From the human T2T-CHM13v2.0 reference genome, Homo sapiens, in the NCBI RefSeq assembly GCF_009914755.1, contig NC_060931.1: a stretch of DNA of 64,000 nt; one strand, 5' to 3'. How positions within the stretch are numbered: the first letter of the stretch is position 1; every line of letters begins with the position of its first letter. The notes under the pieces are model-generated. The model saw only the letters and a program-made list of their open reading frames with translations. It was not told the DNA's origin and did not search any database. Positions 59,278 through 64,000 of this stretch are shown here, in pieces. A program made the translations under genes and the position numbers.

Positions 59278-60496
59278 TATTTGATTTTGCCTAAGGAAGA
59301 CTCAGGGTTAAGGAGGAATTACTGTACTATTTCTTTCCTGCCAGAATGGATTGATGAGCTATTCTTTCCAGGAAATCACAATGACAGACATAAATTGTTT
59401 TCCAGTGGAGATTGTGAGTTGAGACTTTTGTGTCTTCCGGGAAGTTTAGCTGACTTTTCTCCAGGCACAAAAAGTCATTCAGGCAGGTTTTGTGCTCATG
59501 TTAGGCTTGGAATAAGGAACTCAGATTGAACAATAGAGTGGTAGCCATGTCACCAGCTGAGCCTTTCTCCCTTGCCCAGGGATATTAAATTCCACAGCCA
59601 AATAAGTGAAAGTCACTTCTGCTCCTCTTTTTTTATTCTTTTCTTTCTTTCTGTCCTTTCTTTCCTTCCTTTCTTCCTTCCTTCCTTTCTCTCTTTCTCT
59701 CTTTCTTTTTTTCTTTTTTTGAAAGAGTCTGTTTCTGTCACCCAGGCTGGAGTGCAGTGCCACAATCAGAGCTCACTGTAGCCGCGACCTCCTGGATTCA
59801 AGCAATCCTCCCACCTCTGCCTCCCAAGTAGCTGGACCACAGCCACACACCACCATGCTTGGCTAATTTTTAAGTTTTTTATAGAGATGGGGTCTCGCTA
59901 TGTTGCCTTGCTGTGTTGACCAAGCTGGTCTCAAACTCCTGGCCTCCCGCAATCTTCCTGCCTCAGCTTCCCAAAGTGCTGGGATTTATAGGTGTGAGTC
60001 AGTGTGCCTGGCCCTTCTTTTTTACTGAAGGCACAATAGCATTTCAGAGAGTTTGAAAAACACAAATTTAAATCATCCATGGTCCTGCCACCCTACAACA
60101 ACTATTATTATTACTGAAGGTTACTTTCAGCTTTTCTTTTTTTCAAAGAAATATATTGATTTGTTAGGCTGTCTTTATATCACTGAATTAAAAAGGAAAC
60201 AACGTCACTGTTTCTGAAGGACAAGGAGGGGGACGTAAAGCCTCCTGGTGGAATGTATTTAGTGCCTTACTCTTTACTCTTTAGCTAGGAGGCTCAGCAG
60301 AGCGATGCAGAACTTCACAGTAGCCTCATCCCTGACTGCTTGATTCACAGAGCTTTGATTTCTCCTTGGGACAGTAGTATCTGTTGAATGATTATTTTCA
60401 GTAAGTTCATAGTGAGATATGTACACACACATACACATACACATAAAACAAGCTACATAAACAATTTTATTATACATACACAATGTATGTATATAA

Positions 60497-60793
<297 letters not shown>

Positions 60794-60969
60794 TGAGCCA
60801 CCGCACCCAGCCATAAGTACATATTTGTTATAGTATATACTTAGATAGATAACTATATACTAGTGTTAGTATTCAGTGAAAGTGGATCATCATAAAGTTC
60901 TTCATCCTTGTTGTCTTCACATACTATAAGTATATAAGTATATATTTAACTATATACTATAATATAAAT

Positions 60970-61040
60970 AGTGTGTGTGTATATAGTGTGTGTATATATA
61001 TCTATAATACATGTATACATATATACACATATATATACAC

Positions 61041-61106
<66 letters not shown>
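60970..61106. repeat. Compound (TG)/(TA)/(CA)n repeat
   Basis: Directly visible. Confidence 0.92.
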
Positions 61107-61189
61107 GGAGACAAGACCAAAACAATGCAATGTGAGATCCCGGGTTGGATCCTGGGAAGAAAATCCATGTTTGTGGTTTTGATTTGCAT

Positions 61190-61620
61190 GTCCCTTCAAT
61201 GATAGACTGGATTAAAAAAATGTGGTGCATATACATCATGGAATACTTTATAGACATAAAAAAGAATGGAATCTTGTCCTTTGCAGGGACATGGATGGAG
61301 CTTGAGGCCATTATCCTTAGCAAAGTAACACAGAAACAGAAAACCAAATAACTTCTCTCTTATAAGTAGGATCTGAATTATGAGAACACGTGGACACATA
61401 GAAGGGAATAACACACACTGGGGCCTATTGGAGGGTAGGGGGTGGAGGGTGGTAGGAGGGAGGGGATCAGGAAAAATATTAAATAGCTAATGGGTACTAG
61501 GCTTAATACCTGGGTGATGAAATAAGCTGTACAACAAACCCCCATGACACAAGTTTACCTGTGTAACAAACCTGCATATGTACCCCTGCACTTTAAAAAA
61601 AGTTAAAAAAAAAAAAAAAG
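61190..61620 (+). mobile_element. Older L1PA 3' end fragment
   Basis: Encodes an ORF2p C-terminal remnant (DWIKKMWCIYIMEY...SFAGTWMELEAIILSK), followed by 3'UTR and A tail. Confidence 0.88.
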
Positions 61621-61745
61621 AATCTATAGGAAAGAAAACAAGTTCTTTGTAAAGCTGGAGCAAGACCCCAGTTATTCAATGGTGGGTGAGGTCGGGGAAG
61701 CTAATATCCACATTTGCTTCTCATTATTTTATTTAATCCGTTATT

Positions 61746-62103
61746 TTATTAGTCTGTTTTCATGCTGCTGATGAAGTCGTACCTGAGACTGGGCAATTTA
61801 CAAAACAAGGAGGTTTAATGGACTCACAGTTCCACGTGGCTGGGGAGGCCTCACAATCACGGTGGAAGGTGAAAGTGATGTCTTCCCTGGTGGCAGACAA
61901 GAGAAGAGAACTTGTGCAGGGAAACTCCCCTTTATAAAACCATCAGACCTTGTGAGACTTATTCACTATCTCAAGAATAGCACAGGAAAGACCCACCTCC
62001 ATGTTTCAATTACCTCCCACTTGGTCTCTCCCACAAAACATTAGAATTGTGGGAGCTACAATTCCAGATGAGATTTGGGTGGGGACAGAGTCAAACCGTA
62101 TCA
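61746..62103 (-). mobile_element. THE1B/C-like solo LTR
   Basis: TATTAGTCTGTTTTCATGCTGCTGAT...GAGATTTGGGTGGGGACAGAGTCAAACCGTATCA. Confidence 0.85.
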
Positions 62104-64000
62104 ATCTCCATAAATGCACTATGATGTAATCTATAATTATCCCAATTTTTTTTTTTTTTTTTTGAGATGGAGTCTCACTCTGTCACTCAGGCTGAAGTGC
62201 AGTTGCACAATCTCGGCTCACTGCAACCTCTGCCACTCAGGTTTAAGCAATTCTCCTGCTGCAGCCTCTGCCACCCAGATTCAAGCAATTCTCCTGCCTC
62301 AGCCTCCCAAGTAGCTGTGATTACAGATGTGCACCACCACGTTCAGTTAATGTTCGTATTTTTAGTAGAGACGGGGTTTCACCATGTTGGCCAGGCTGGT
62401 CTCAAACTTCTGACCTCAAGTGATTCGCCCGCCTCGGCCTCCTAAAGTGCTGGGATTACAGGCGTGAGCCACGGTGCCCAGCCATTATCCCCATTTTAAA
62501 AAATGAGGAAGCAGAGTCCCATAGGGCTAAAGTAATTGGCCCAGGGCCATAAAATCATTAAGTAGCAGAGCCTGGATTTCTTAAGCAGGCCCCAGAGTCC
62601 AAGTCCTTAACCATTATACTCCTGTCTCTCTAATGACACAGCAAGGTCAGAAATGCTGCTGTAGTTGGCAAGCGAAGAAAGTGAGCTGGTTGAGCCGTGG
62701 TACAGAAAGCCAGTGCTTGCTAGCACGTCCACACTGAACCAGGATACAGCCCTCCCTTCCCATTTCACATATAGAGACAAAAAAGAAATTCATGTCATCA
62801 GCGGTCTGTCCTACTGAGAAATAAAGTCTTTACTTCCTTAACCAATTCAGCAGTCAAAGGTGTGCTTTGAAGATGTGCTTAGGAATATTCTCCTGATTCC
62901 CTAGAAGTCGGAGTGGACTACGCATTCCCTCTCTCACCCAGCTCTTCCAGCTCTCATCCTGGTGCCCCACACCAAGAGAGGCCCCAGGTCTCTCCACAGG
63001 TCATGTGGGCCAGACCCTGCCTCCATCAGAACTGCCCCAATCTATCCGCTCCTAGAACTGTCTCTGCAAGAAAATCAGCCTGAGGTTTTTGTGGCACAAA
63101 GATGTATCCCCATTCATTCCAAGTAGCAAATGCATTTTCTGGAAACATAGTGCTTGAATCCAGCATGATGAGTCATATGGCAGAAGGGAGAAGCCAGCAG
63201 AGGAAGGGCCCTTGGGACCATCCCAGCCCCCAGGAGCTGGCCCTCTCTGCAGGAACCATCTGGTTCCATAGCATGCTTTCTAAGCTCCCATATATATTTT
63301 TAAATCAACTATATGGAAGCGTAAGGTAAATAAATACACTGCATCTATTTAAAGTGTGCAATCTGATGAGTTTTGCCAGGTGTGTGCACCTGTGAAGGGG
63401 CTCTTGAAATCAAGATTCAGAACATTTCCATCTCCCTCAAGGATTTCTCATGCTCCTTTTCTAACCCCAGCTCTCAGGCAGCCACCACTTGCCCACTGTG
63501 AGACATTTATTTTCTATATTCAGTTTGGGATTGGGCATTTGGAATTTTCCAAAGGCAGCATCCTCTGTAGATGTCTACAGGCCCCTGGAGACAGAGCATC
63601 TTCTCAGGCCTGTATCCTCCATGCCTGGGACTGGGTCCTTGCTCTCAGGACAGCCTAGAGGGGCTCCTGTCCCCTGCTGGGCTGCCTCTTTCTTTGCTTG
63701 GCCCAGCTTCCCAAACACCCAGGATAATAAAGGAGAAACTCTGTCAATTTCAATAATATACACATGTACTTGCCAGTCATAAGAAACCATTCTTCTGGGC
63801 TTTAACCAAGCAATAAATAAATGTACTCCAAAGCAGATCTGAATTAATGGAATATATCTCTCTGTCTCTTGAGTAGAAGCTGGGAAACCTGAACTTTTCT
63901 TTTTTGGTGTTTGTTTTAGAGATAGGATCTTGCTCTGTCACCTAGGCTGGAATGCAGTGGTGCAGTCATAGTTCACTGCAGCCTTAAGTTCCTGGGCTCA

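Noticed and set aside
59366-59443. Two GAS-like motifs (TTCCAGGAA, TTCCGGGAA); another at 28822-28830
   Set aside because: Short motifs without supporting context; cannot be distinguished from chance.

Overview
Primate (most likely human) genomic DNA: a mostly intronic, very Alu-rich part of GALNT17 (WBSCR17, polypeptide GalNAc-transferase 17) on the + strand. Three coding exons are present (33542-33727, 38111-38248, 45348-45443; probably exons 7-9). All are phase 0 with canonical AG/GT ends, and they encode the end of the catalytic domain, the linker and the first ricin-lectin repeat. The rest is more than 50 Alu pieces, ERV1/MaLR solo LTRs (MER4, MER41A, MER41B, THE1, MLT1), L1/L2/MIR remnants, a near full-length Tigger1, a MER2, a tailless 7SK retropseudogene, microsatellites and a ~700-bp CT-rich tandem array. 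Almost all ORFs in the track are repeat-derived artefacts. I see no convincing new gene or biological system. The best leads are structural: an inverted copy of part of the local Tigger1, stop-free in-frame circRNA potential of the three exons, inverted Alu pairs before each exon, a cryptic acceptor 25 nt upstream of the first exon, a MER41A/MER41B pair differing in STAT1 sites, a perfect 18-bp palindrome, and two local duplications. Repeat subfamily names come from recalled consensus sequences, and repeat boundaries are approximate unless a TSD is given.
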